From assembly GCF_001194135.2 (NCBI RefSeq), contig NC_068982.1, positions 183,273,704 to 183,337,703 on the forward strand: a stretch of 64,000 nucleotides of DNA, read 5' to 3'. The notes under the pieces are model-generated. The model was not told the DNA's origin and did not search any database. It saw only the letters and a program-made list of their open reading frames with translations. This document shows positions 39,560-53,121 of the stretch, piece by piece. The translations under genes and the position numbers were made by a program. The stretch is from Octopus bimaculoides. Taxonomy: Eukaryota. Every line of letters starts with the position of its first letter. The stretch's first letter is position 1.

Positions 39560-42098
39560 CTCTCTCTCTCAACAATATCACACTTGCAGAGAGTCTGAAT
39601 ATACAACCACAAGGTATTCCAATACTCTTACTCTTTCAATTTGGTGCCCTGACAGATATAGAGACAGTGAAGGTAGCATAACATCGGGTAGTAGTAAACT
39701 CTCTCTCTCTCTCCCTCCCTCTTCTCTGCGCTCTCTCTCTCTCCCCCTCTTCCCTGCTCTCTCTCTCTTTCTCTCCTAAAAACATGAATGGCACATGTGA
39801 TGAGAAATGGCAGTGAGATGTAAACATTGAATGTTGATGATTTTTTCAGATGATAGATAAATCTTTGGTAAGCATAACTTAATAAAATATGTAACCTTAG
39901 TCTTCATTAGTCATTGATGATGATGACGACGACGACGATGACGATAATGATGAGTTATAGTTCACAACTTGATGGTAGAAAAGACGTCCAACCAGTTGCA
40001 AAAACCATATACCAATCCTTCAATAGTTGAGTAAATAGGGACAGATAAACCATTCTGCCATATGTAAAAGTAGGTATTACTCCTCTGGAGTTGAGTAATT
40101 AGTAGTAAATGAAGACAACAACCCGGACATAAAAACCCAAATAACAATAATATTATTCCAGCAAATTATTCCAACGGTTTATGTCAATAATTCACCAGAA
40201 AAACAATATGATGAAGTTCACATTCTTTCATATTCCCTGCCCCCCCCCCCCNNNNNNNNNNNNNNNNNNNNNNNNNNNNNNNNNNNNNNNNNNNNNNNNN
40301 NNNNNNNNNNNNNNNNNNNNNNNNNNNNNNNNNNNNNNNNNNNNNNNNNNNNNNNNNNNNNNNNNNNNNNNNNNNNNNNNNNNNNNNNNNNNNNNNNNNN
40401 NNNNNNNNNNNNNNNNNNNNNNNNNNNNNNNNNNNNNNNNNNNNNNNNNNNNNNNNNNNNNNNNNNNNNNNNNNNNNNNNNNNNNNNNNNNNNNNNNNNN
40501 NNNNNNNNNNNNNNNNNNNNNNNNNNNNNNNNNNNNNNNNNNNNNNNNNNNNNNNNNNNGGGGGGGGGGGGGCAGTCAATATGATATAAAACATAAGACT
40601 GTCATTTTTCATATTGCTAATCCAGAATATAAGAATAAACCTATCTACAGGATATAAGAATACATAATTATACAATAGCAGGGTGCGTAATCAATGATTA
40701 CCTTCAACTTTTGAAGGAAGTCATCAGTTGACATGTAAATTTAAGAGAGAGAGAGAGAGAGAGAGAGTGAGAGTCAACATCACCTAAAACACAAGAGTAT
40801 CATTTGTCAAACCACTATTCCAGAATATAAGAATAAATGATTGTGCTGTGGCAGGAAATGTAATCAACACCGTTCCTTCTAAATTAAATGCAAACATGTT
40901 CAAAAATGCAAACATGCTCAAAAAGAGTTATCTGTAAATGGAACTAAAACTAATACATACAAGATAGTAACAATGGCCTGTTCTGATAACGACCAGTAAG
41001 GACAATACGTGATATGCGAAGAAGGGTTTGTATGTTGACTGTAGAAGGTATCAATGGCAGAGTAAGACTAAGGAAGATGTAGGAAGAAAAAGGGAGTTTA
41101 AATCTCTAGTTGATTAGGCCCAGGGATGAGATGACAAATAGCCATGGTACAAGGCAATTAGTTCTATGGAAGATCATCTGGCCTGTACTTGTACAGAAAT
41201 ATGCGCATTAAAATGGCAATGAGAATGACAATGGTGGTGGTGGTGTTGTTGCTGCTGCTGCTGCATGTGATGATGACTTTGGCTATGATGATGGTTATAA
41301 TGACAATGATGGTGTGGTGGCAGTGGTTGTGATGGTGGTGGTGGTGTGCAGTTAATGATGATGATGACTGAAGCAATGATGATGATAATGAAAATGGTGG
41401 TGCTGGTAATAATGATGATGGCTGTGTTGATGATGATATCAATGTGATATGAACAACATCAGCATGAAACTAAGGAGAGAAGCCTAGCAGAAAACTATGA
41501 TGGAGTTCTTCTCATTGATCAAATAGAATTAATCACGAGAGAAGGTCACCTTAAAACTGACACACACACACACACACACATACACATACGCTAACAACAA
41601 CAATAACAACAACGACAAAAAATGTCCAAAGTTCCATTCTTTCTAAACCACAGTTGCTCTGAAGCTGTTTGTTTTTAGATATCACAGATTTGGATGTAAA
41701 GGGATATATAATTAAAATGATTTAATTAGAATGGTGTAATTAGAATGGATGTGAGTCCCATGTTGTTGTTAGTCATCGAAACTCTCAGAGTAGAAGAAAT
41801 AGCTGATGAGATATTCTGGAGCGTTGATTTTATCATGAATATCACACATGAATACACACACATACATGCACACACACATACACACAAACACATACACACA
41901 TGCATACAAATACACATATGCACACACACACATACATACATACGTACATACATACATGCATACACATACTCACACACACACACATACGTATATGGTAATA
42001 CATTGATAATAACATAACACACACATAATAATACATACACACATGATAACATGATAATCATTTAAAGACAATCATAGAATGTGTATTCATATGGGACC

Positions 42099-42133
<35 letters not shown>

Positions 42134-42424
42134 CACAATGATGAGGAGGGGGAAGAGGAGAAGGATCATCATCATCTTCATCCTTAGTATTGTTACATCT
42201 GGTTTAATTTGCTATCATTTTGGCCCCAAACACTGGATATTCAATGAATCAGTGTAGTGTGAAGAACCACATTTAGTATAGGACATAGCATAGTTATGTA
42301 GTGTGGAGTGTTGTATAGTGTACTGGTAGTGGTTATGTAGTATGTGATGTAGTAGCAGAAGTGGTGCCATGTAGTGTGGTAGTGAGGGATTGTGTCCTCA
42401 TGACAATTTTGTAATAAAAATTAT

Positions 42425-43115
42425 TATTTCTAATATAGGCTTGAGACCAACAGTTTTCAGAGGAAAGAGTTAACCAACTACATTGACCCTAGTACTTGAC
42501 TGGTACTTTATTTTATCAACCCTGGGAGGATTGAAATCAGTAGGATTTGAACCCAGAATGCAGGCTGAATAAATACTGCAACTCAAGCAATTCCCTTAAG
42601 TGTCATTTTGATGGCATGTGCTGCTCTCTCACTCAGTAATGATAATAATCCTTTGTACTAAAGATACAAAGCCTGAAATGTGGTGGGAGGAGACTAGTCG
42701 ATTACATCAACCCCAGTGTTTCACTGGAAGTTGATTTATTGACCCTGAAAGAATGAAAGGCAAAGTCAACCTCAACAGAATTTGAACTCAGAACATAAGG
42801 ACAGATGAAATGCCACTAAGTATTTTGCCCAGCATGCTAATGATTCTGCCAGCTCGTTCACCTTAGCTGTCGACCTCAGCAGAATTTGAACTTAGAATGC
42901 AACAATTGATTCTACTATATGCACAAAGCCTGAAAATTTGGCAGAGGGGGGGGGCTGATTGATGACACTGATTTTAGGGCTCAACTGGTACTTATTTTAA
43001 TCAATCCCGAAAGGACAAAAGGTGAAGTTGACCTCAGCAGAATTTAAACACAGAATGCAATGTCAAAAGAAATACCATTTAGCATTTTGTCAAGCTTCCT
43101 AACAATTGTACTAGC
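42425..43115 (-). mobile_element. Chain of three to four family C SINEs
   Basis: Same consensus motifs as 22050-22985. Confidence 0.75.
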
Positions 43116-43157
43116 TCAAAAAAAAACAATAATAATAATAATAATAATAATAATAAT

Positions 43158-43815
<658 letters not shown>

Positions 43816-44199
43816 TAATAAAAATAATAATTGCTTCTATTTCAGGCACAAGGCCAGCAATTTTGAAGGAGGGAACTAATCAACATTATTGACCCAAATA
43901 ATAATAACAATAATAATCTTTTCTTTTATTGTCACAAAGACAAGATGAGGGGAACTTTATAAGGACAGGTTACAAAAAGTGTATGGATTACAATGAAATT
44001 GAATTTTTGAAAAAAGAAAGAACAAAAAACAAAATATTATGTATATTAGAATATTCTAAAAGAAGGGCCACCACATAGAGCCAATCAAAGAACCCCGCAC
44101 ATTCACACTTATCCTGACTACTAAAGATAAGTAAATGTCTACTTCTAGCTGTTATTCTCCAGTTTATAGGTGAACTGTGAGAGCAAGCTCAGTTAAGGC

Positions 44200-44635
44200 A
44201 GTGAGCTGGCAGAATCGTTAGCACGCCGGGCGAAATGCTTAATGGTATTTCGTCTGCCATTACGTTCTGAATTCAAATTCTGGCTAGGTCAACCCTGCTT
44301 TCATCCTTTCGGGGTTGATAAATTAAGTACCAGTTACGCACTGGGGTCAATGTAATCGACTTAATCTCTCTGTCTGTCCTTGTTTGTCCCCTCTATGTTT
44401 AGCCCCTTGTGGCCAATAAAGACATAAGAGTCATTAAATGCTTAGCAGTGTTTCATTCATCTTTACCTTCTAAGCTCACATTCTGCCAAGGTCAGCTTTG
44501 CCTTTCATCCTTTTGGTGTGGGGGTGGGGGGTCAGTAAAATAAGTACCGGTTGAACACTGGGGTCAATGTAATCAACTAAACCCCATTGCTAAAATTACT
44601 GGCCTTGTGCCAAAATTTGAAACCATTATTATTTT
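44200..44635 (+). mobile_element. Two family C SINEs; the first is well preserved
   Basis: gagctggcagaatcgttagcacgccgggcgaaatgctt...ttctgaattcaaattc...taagtaccagttacgcactggggtc. Confidence 0.8.
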
Positions 44636-45896
44636 TACTATTGCTGTTGTTATTTAGTGAGAGAAAGAGAAATCGTGCCAATCTAGTAAAATTGATGTGG
44701 CTATTGTTTTGTAAGTGGAATTGATAGTAACGATTGTGGTTGTGGTAGTTGTCGTAAGTGGTACTGGTAGTGATGATTGTGGTGGATGATGGTGGTGGTT
44801 GTGGTGATATTTGTCATGATTTTATAGTTGGTAATTGTAGTGGTACTAATGGTGGTGGTGGTGGTGGCGGTGGTGGTGGTGGTGTGGTGTTTGGCAGAGG
44901 GGGTAGTGGTGGCATTTAACCCCAGGTCAGCAGTGACTGAACAGACCTATGATCAGGCTATTCCAATCATCATTATTCAATCTTTCTTCGAAATTTTGTA
45001 CCTTGGACTTCACTTCTCAAAAGATGTACTTCCATTTTTAAAATAGCAGGAGTGATTTGTTGGTAACTGGGAAATACGGCTGTTATTTCTATCAGGTTGA
45101 GTGACGTGTGTTGGGGCTGATTATTTAATAGGGATGAGGTTGGCAACAGGGGAGAAGTGGGGAGATGGCAATTTGTACCATTTTCTTCAGAACGTCAGGG
45201 TGGATGGGATGGAAGGTGGGTGGAGGAAGGGATACTAAGAGAAAGAACTGTGTCAGTTGGTAAAAGAGAGAAGCATTGAGGCTTGGCATCACCATTGTCT
45301 CAGTAAAGTGTTCTGACACAACAAAAACGGTAGCTGTGGTGGTGGTGGCAGCACTGATAGCAATTGGAGTATTATTGATTAGGAAGTTGTCTCTGGTAGA
45401 CTGGTCTCACATACACATACACACACAAACACACACATGCATATACACAAACACACAAACATATGAATATACATGTGTGCACACATGCACATACAATAAA
45501 CATATGCAGACACATACATGCACACATACACACAGTTGTAAACACATGCATATAAATGCACACTCGGTCATACAAACGCAGATATACAAATAAACATACA
45601 CTCACATATATATATATATACACATTACATATTTCTAACCAGTGTTTCTGAAGAGGGCTGAGCTCATCAGACAATATGGAAACTGATTTTCTTGTTTGTT
45701 AACTAATTATTAACAACAGTAACCCATTGGAAAATACAATACCAACAATAACAACAACATTAGCAGCAGCAACAACCACAGTAACAACAACAACAACAAC
45801 ATTGAATAGATACTCCTTTGATTTCAACAATGAGTATTCCTTTTTATTCATCAACTGAACTACCTACTTGTAGTATTAGAGCAAAAATGTTAGAGT

Positions 45897-45986
45897 CAGT
45901 GTGACACAGTGTGTGACATAGTGTATGACACAATGTGTGACAGTGTATGGCACAGTGTGTTACATAGTGCGTGACACAGTGTGTAA
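45897..45986. repeat. 12-bp tandem repeat GTGACACAGTGT, about 7-8 copies
   Basis: Directly visible. Confidence 0.8.
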
Positions 45987-46252
45987 CAAGACTTGATATC
46001 TGAGTTGCTGATATTGCCTTTTATTGTAATTTATTTAATTATCTTGTTTCTTTTATCTTTCCTACAACTTACTTCAGTCATTAGATTGCAGCCATGTTGG
46101 GGTGCGGCCTTGAAGGGTTTAGTCAAACACGTCGACCCTAAGGCTTATTTCCAAGTCTACTACTTATTCATATGGCCTCTTTTGTAGAACCGTTAAATTA
46201 TGAGAACATAAACAGACCGGCACTGGTCGTCAACAGGTAGGAGGATATGGTT

Positions 46253-46294
<42 letters not shown>

Positions 46295-47029
46295 ACACTC
46301 TTATGGAAGCACTCATTCTCTCATCCCATCCCATGACCCATTGCTTACGTCCTCTCTTGTGTTCACCTTGTTCCTTGAGAGTTTGCTCTAGCACACCATC
46401 ACTATCTTCCTCTTATCTCCTTCAGCTCTGTCTTCCAAGCTACATACCAGCCTCATTAGGGCCAGTGGCATGAAAAAAGCATTTGGCACACTTTGTAAAG
46501 TGGTTGGCATCAGGAAGGGCATCCAGCCATAGACACCATGCCAAAGATTATGATGCTGAAGCTCAATGCAGCCCTGCAGCTTGCTGGTTCTTTGTCAAAC
46601 AATCCTACCCATACCAGCACGGAAAGCAGGCATTAAATGTTGACAGTGATGATAACAATGATGATAATGATGATCTTCCACACAGTTCCATCAAATTCAT
46701 TTATGAGGCATGGATCAGCATGGGGCTACAACAGAAGACACTAGCCCAAGGTACTGCACAGTGGGAGTGAATACAAAACCACATGGTAGCAAAATGAGCT
46801 TCTTAAAATCACGCAGCCTTAATGTAATTATCAGGCTGAACCAAAATGACACAATAGATGGTGAAGCTGGATCCTTGAATTATAGGCACAGTGCATTTTG
46901 TATTATAGCATGAATAGCTAAGAATTCCACAGACACTTCTATCCTGAATTGACACAATATGGTGGGTTACAAGGCTGGAGCTTTGAATTATAAAAACCAT
47001 CCAACCACCCATCCAACAGATTCCAAAAC

Positions 47030-47345
47030 AGTTTCCATTTACCCAAAGTCACTCATAAGGCTTAAGTCAAACACTAACACTGTCACACATGTACACTGAC
47101 ATTGTAGATCCAGCAGAGAAATACCAGCTTCAGTCCTCTCTAGCTTTCACATGTCTTCTGCATTCAGGGCTCATGTCTCACTACCATGTAGCATTGCTGT
47201 TTGTATACAGGCATCATACAATCTTCCTTTCACTTGGAGAGTGAGACCATTGGTTGCCAACAGAGGTAAAAGCTCTCTGAATTTTCTCCATCCTATTCTT
47301 ATTCTAACAATTACACTTTACGTGCATCCTCTGCCAGAGCTGATT
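47030..47345 (-). mobile_element. RTE-clade LINE RT C-terminal fragment
   Basis: Minus frame VRIRIGWRKFRELLPLLATNGLTLQVKGRLYDACIQTAMLHGSETWALNAEDM. Confidence 0.85.
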
Positions 47346-47933
47346 AGGTCCCCCTCGGTAGCAGAAATTATCCACAACCTCTAAAGAGCCTTCGGAGCAT
47401 TTTTGAGAAAATGCCTATGAAAATGGATAGTGTAATCTGGAAAGACATGGGTGGAATGTCATTGATCACATGTCTGTTTAATCAGGACTAAACAACAGCA
47501 ACATTCCAGATATTTTTAAAAAATCAAAATATTTTGTTGCCATGGTGATGTGGAGTTTGTGCAGGACAGAAAAAGAGAGATGCAGACCAGTTGGAAGGAC
47601 TACCGTGTGCTGACAATTTCCTGTGTCACCTGTCAGCAGGAAATTGTACAGATAAACGGAGATGTGTGAGTGTGAATTCGTGTGTGTGTGTGTGTGTGTG
47701 GAGAGAGAGAGAGGGGGGGGGGCTAGTGCATAATGGATAAAACTTTAGAAATGTATGATTTTTGCTCACAACAACTGCAGCAGTAGCCAGCAACAGTGAA
47801 AATAACAACAACAACCACAGCAACGACAACTACAGCAACAATAACAAAACCAATAACAACTGCAGCAGCTAGACATAGCAGCCAGATCTCCCTTAAATCA
47901 TATCCTACCATCTCAGTCAGCTTGCCACTTTAA

Positions 47934-48158
47934 CCCTTTCGGTATCAACCTGGCTGAAACTGGCTCTGGCTTTGTAGTACAAATGCTTTGTTTTCATAGG
48001 TTTCAAATTAAAATCTTCAACCAAAACTTAGTCACAATTTATGTTCTTAACACCAGCTTAATTTTAAACTAAGTTATTTTACTAAATTCTTTGTTATATT
48101 CAAAATTAATTGAAAGAAACCCAGAGCGTCTCAAAATAAATACGGTAACGAAAAGAGG
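47934..48158. mobile_element. piggyBac-like MITE (second family)
   Basis: TTAA at 47930-47933 and 48159-48162; imperfect TIR CCCTTTCGGTA...GTAACGAAAAGAGG; AT-rich interior. Confidence 0.6.
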
Positions 48159-48800
48159 TTAACCCACCCAATTATTGCCAGCATGGAAGCTAGACATTAA
48201 ATGATGATGATGATGGTATGGATGAGTGAGTGTGTGTTCAGAAACTATAAAAAAAAACATAAAAGCGTGAGAAAAACGAGCAGGAGGGAGTGTGAGTGTG
48301 ATAGATGTAACTAGAGAGAAGAGAGAGAGAGAGAGAGTGAGTGAGAGTAATTTTATATAATGTATTGTTGAAACAATAACTTCATCAGTAGTTATAGATT
48401 TCCAACTGGTTCATTATATTTACAGTGGTGAGAGTAACAAAAGGGTGTTTGTGTAACTCTGGAAAACCCAATATAACAATACCACAAGGTATTTTTGTCC
48501 AAGTGCACTGATTTGTCAGGATTTTTTTTTTTTTCAGTATTTAACTTATGCGTACATCTTTCAAAGATTTCCATATGTGCATGTGTGTGTGTGTGTGTGT
48601 GTACACAAATATACACATTTATGTGTGTGTGAGCATATATGTATAGATGGATGTACATAGTTATGTTTGCATGTATAATATGCCACACCTTTACATAGTT
48701 TCAGCCATCTTGAGGCTATGGGAGACCAATGTGGTTGCAAAACAAACTTCTAAACCATACAGCCATACCTGGTTAAATAGCACATCATATATTGACATGG

Positions 48801-48854
<54 letters not shown>

Positions 48855-49897
48855 NNNNNNNNNNNNNNNNNNNNNNNNNNNNNNNNNNNNNNNNGGGGGG
48901 GGGGGAGACAGACAAACAGACAGACAATGATTTGTTATGAAAGTAATCCAAAATGGAAATTTTTCAAGAAAAATTAATATATTCATTCATTCATTCATTT
49001 ATACCTGTCTCACAACCAGATGCCTTCCCTGTCGCCAACCTTTACTTGTTTTTCAAGTAACAGAGATTTCATTCCACTAATATTCAAAAGCACAGAGCTA
49101 CTGGACAATTTGTTGAGAAGGAAACGGTAATAAATGTCACCAACTTTTCAGAGAATGTACACTTTCACATAGATACACACATAAATATACAAACAGACAT
49201 ACATACTTTTATACACACACACACACATTTACATACAAGATGGGATTCATATAAATTCGTACACAGGGTATGGATTACCTCAAAGTCAATTCTAGAAAAC
49301 TTAGTTGATAATTTAACATATCTGATATTATACTTGTTTTTATATATTAAAATTCTAAAGTAGGAGCAAGCAGCCCGAAATGAAAAAAATGAATAAATTC
49401 GTAACACATAATTCTGAAAAGCGGCATAATTGGCAACTTCTAGCCTAATCTGATAACTTTACATTACAAAAAGAAAGAGATAAGGACATATGTACTGAGC
49501 AAATGGCACACTGTATCACAGGATCAAAAAGAAAGAACACACATATTACATGAACCATCAGCAAGAGAAGAAAGCACAATGTGATCGTTTGTTTGCTGTA
49601 ACTTGTGTTTTTATGCTATGTCACAGTTATAACCACATTTTAATGTGCATATGTATATATGTGTGAGTGTGTGTATGTGTGTGTGTAAATATGTGTGTAT
49701 GTGTATATATATATATACATATATACATACATATATATATAGTGTGTGTGTCTGTGTAGTGTGTTGTGAGATCGGNNNNNNNNNNNNNNNNNNNNATATA
49801 TATATATATATATATATATAGTGTAAGATAAAGGAAATATAATATTGGTTCATTATTGAATTATTGACTGAGGTCATGTTTGACCCATATGTGTTCA

Positions 49898-49929
<32 letters not shown>

Positions 49930-50236
49930 CATGTACATGTATCTATGTGGTGAGTTTCACAAGAAAAATGTACAAATCCCAAATGAACTAAAACATTCAA
50001 TCCAGAAATAAACACATGAATAGACAGATTGCTAATTCTCAGAAAATTCTAGAAAAAAAAAACATGAAAAGGCAGAGGGGAAGGGGCAAAGAAAGGGGTT
50101 GAAACAAACAGACAGACATGTGAAAATATAGGGGGGGGGGAATAAAAACAGATATACAGATAGAGAGAGACAGATAGAAGATAAAGAGATAGAGATACAG
50201 ACAGACACAGACAGATATATACACAGATAGACAGTC

Positions 50237-50271
<35 letters not shown>

Positions 50272-50376
50272 TAGATAGATAGATAGATAGAACTCAGCCA
50301 GAAAGATGGATACATAACAGAAAGGGAGAGAGTAACAAATATTTACATTTATAACAGAGAGAGAATGACAATAAGA

Positions 50377-50434
<58 letters not shown>

Positions 50435-50474
50435 AAGAGAGAAAAACATAAAAAGATAGCTTTTAGTTACTTAC

Positions 50475-50615
50475 CGATAAACTATCAGAATCTTTGGTAA
50501 TTTTCCACCAGCGTAATTCGTCGAGTCGGTCAAAGACATCCTCAACATGAGTGTTCAATTCCCCGGCGTATTTAACAGCTAAGGCCATAAGACTACTCCG
50601 TGTACATGACTGGTC
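50475..50615 (-). CDS. Internal coding exon (141 nt, phase 0-0) of an unidentified minus-strand gene: DQSCTRSSLMALAVKYAGELNTHVEDVFDRLDELRWWKITKDSDSLS
   Basis: On the minus strand the acceptor is ttgttttgtctatctgcag|G and the donor is TCG|gtaagt, both near consensus. Length is a multiple of 3, only the phase-0 frame is open, and the sequence is non-repetitive and CpG-retaining against a CpG-poor background. Product not recognised. Confidence 0.8.
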
Positions 50616-51335
50616 CTGCAGATAGACAAAACAACCGATTATAAGTACTCAGAAACACATATTGGTATGGCAAAGTGGAGGGGTTTATACGTACACATGA
50701 GTTTGTATTAATCAATGGAGGGTTTATTATATCATCATTATTATTTAAAATCCATTTTCAATGCTGGTATGGGTTGGATGGTTCAACAAGAGCTTATGAG
50801 CCAAAGGACAGAACCAGCCTCAATTATCTGCTTTAGCATGGTTTCTATGGCTGGATGCCCTTCCAAATGCCATTTATTTTACAGAGTGTACTGGGTGCTT
50901 TTTACATGGCTTGGCACAAGTAAGGTCGCCAACTAACTTGCAAGACAAGACCCCTTAACTGAAGAAGGGAGAATAGTATTGAAGGAGGTGGGTTTGTACC
51001 AGGAGATGAGGTTAAAGTAAGATAGAGGGACAGAATAGATGCCATACTCTAGTGGAGATATGTGGTTACCCCAGTTAGAAGAGAAAGAGGATGGCGGTGA
51101 AGATGTGTCAGGGAATATCCTTAAGTTACAAGAAGGTGAATGTAAGAGAAATGGTGTGGGTGGATAAGTTCGTAGATGTGCAGGAGGTGAGTGGGAGATG
51201 GATATAGATGAGGATAATGGGAAATGTTATGAGTGGTGAATGCAGGAAGAGACACACGTTCATATATATATATATACACATACACCCACACATATATACA
51301 CACATACATATATATAAATACATACATATATATAC

Positions 51336-51386
<51 letters not shown>

Positions 51387-51539
51387 NNNNNNNNNNATCA
51401 TCGTTTAACGTCCGCTTTCCATGCTAGCATGGGTTGGACGACTTGACTGAGGACTGGTGAAACCAGATGACAACACCAGGCTCCAATCTAAATTTGGCAG
51501 AGTTTCTACAGCTGGATGCCTTTCCTAACGCCATATATA

Positions 51540-52020
51540 ATTCAATAACAGGATAAAATCGTTGTAAGAATTTATCAAGCATCTCCAATATTGCATAATC
51601 ATTAAATTCCCAAAAACTTGCTGTACCCAAAACTTATATTTTCATTGACTTCCATGTCATGTAAGATTATAATATACTATGACTGACATGTTTTGGACTA
51701 ATGTCCTCATCGTGAATATTACTTTCACATTTTAGCCATTGTACCCTGCAGCCCTTTTCTGATGCCTACCATGTTCAATAGCATTCTTTGAGTTTTGAAC
51801 CATGCTCTTTATACAATCTATATAAGTAGATTGTTTTTATGCCTCTATCCATGCAGTTTTTACTAAGTTGTGGGGTATAAGTTTGCCAAGAGAGATCTCC
51901 AGTGTTGGTAAAATCCAGGAGAAGGTGTATCTTTGAAGGTTTTAGTTGTATTTCTCCAGAATTAGGACGATGCTGGTGAACACAAGATTGTCTAAACCTT
52001 GATCTATGCAAAGACACACA
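51540..52020 (-). mobile_element. Degraded RTE-like reverse transcriptase fragment
   Basis: Broken minus frames resemble the DHI..L..ILEK..EY...F.D..KAFD..GI...YI..I...Y region of non-LTR RT; interrupted at 52046 by a SINE. Confidence 0.5.
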
Positions 52021-52045
52021 ATGTCTCTGACTTCATACAGATAAA

Positions 52046-52428
52046 GAGGCGCAATGGCCCAGTGGTTAGAGCAGCGGACTCGCGGTCATAGGATAGCGGT
52101 TTCAATTCCCAGACCGGGCGTTGCGAGTGTTTATTGAGTGAAAACACCTAAAGCTCCACGAGGCTCCGGCAGGGGATGGTGGAGAACCCTGCTGTACTCT
52201 TTCACCACAACTTTCTCTCACTCTTACTTCCTGTTTCTGTTGTGCCTGTAATTCAAAGGGTCAGCCTTGTCACACTGTGTCACGCTGAATATCCCCGAGA
52301 ACTACGTTAAGGGTACACGTGTCTGTGGAGTGCTCAGCCACTTGCACGTTAATTTCACAAGCAGGCTGTTCCGTTAATCGGATCAACTGGAACCCTCGAC
52401 GTCGTAAGCGACGGAGTGCCGACAACAA
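52046..52428 (+). mobile_element. Full-length young tRNA-derived SINE (family D)
   Basis: A box TGGCCCAGTGG, B box GGTTTCAATTCC, (AAC)n tail, exact 12-bp TSD CATACAGATAAA (52034-52045 and 52429-52440). Near-identical inverted copy at 56798-57181. Confidence 0.95.
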
Positions 52429-52989
52429 CATACAGATAAACATTAGAACTACTTAACAGTTCACAACCAAGACTTGAAATATGATATCAGGAATTGTAGT
52501 CTCAGTAGCTAGTATTGAATCAATTGGTTTGTAGTGTACAACTAAAAGAAGTGGTGGAGATGGGAGGGTTTGGGTAAACTAAGGAGTCTATGTAGTCATT
52601 CAATCTGCTTGATCAAACTGTCAAACAACCCTCAACTCAAACCAAATGAAAGGATTATAGGCAAAGTCAACCTTGAATATGAACCCAGAACGTAAGGCAG
52701 GAAGAAATGCTACAAGGCATCCTGTCAGCTCGTTGCCTTAAACCAAACTATTCAATGAAATGGAAGATACATTGAACAATGATGTCCTATGTCTGTATAA
52801 AAGACAGGATGGTCATATCTGGAATATCTTTGATGACAGGCTTGTTAAATCAATTTCAGCCTAGGACTAAATAACAACAAGGATTTTGATTCCCCAAACT
52901 GTAGACTTTCAACAGTCACAGAATGTAAGATATCACATATGAGTGTGACATCAGTAATTATTCTAATTTGTTAATTACCTTTCAGCAAT

Positions 52990-53121
52990 TACATACCCTG
53001 CTGTCCAATAAACATGTCATTAACTATAAAACGAGGGGAATATTTAGGGTGTTTAGGTGTTTAATGGAACAGGGTTTAAATAGCAGCATGTGTGAGCATA
53101 TGCACCACAGCAGGGTGTATA
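52990..53121. mobile_element. Small TA-flanked MITE-like element
   Basis: TACATACCCTGCTGT (52990-53004) versus reverse complement of 53107-53121, TATACACCCTGCTGT, 13/15 match; TA at both termini as in Tc1/mariner derivatives. Confidence 0.4.

Noticed and set aside
41773-41815. Type II hammerhead arrangement (GAAA...CTGATGA)
   Set aside because: Helix I cannot form and helix II is only 3 bp.
49279-49413. Phase 0-0 minus-strand exon candidate (NYVLRIYSFF...RIDFE)
   Set aside because: Splice signals are acceptable, but the extremely AT-rich Y/I/K/F composition is typical of chance frames in non-coding DNA.
52046-52120. tRNA gene (also at 57105-57181)
   Set aside because: Pol III boxes are present, but they are the head of a SINE with TSD and simple-repeat tail; no complete cloverleaf.
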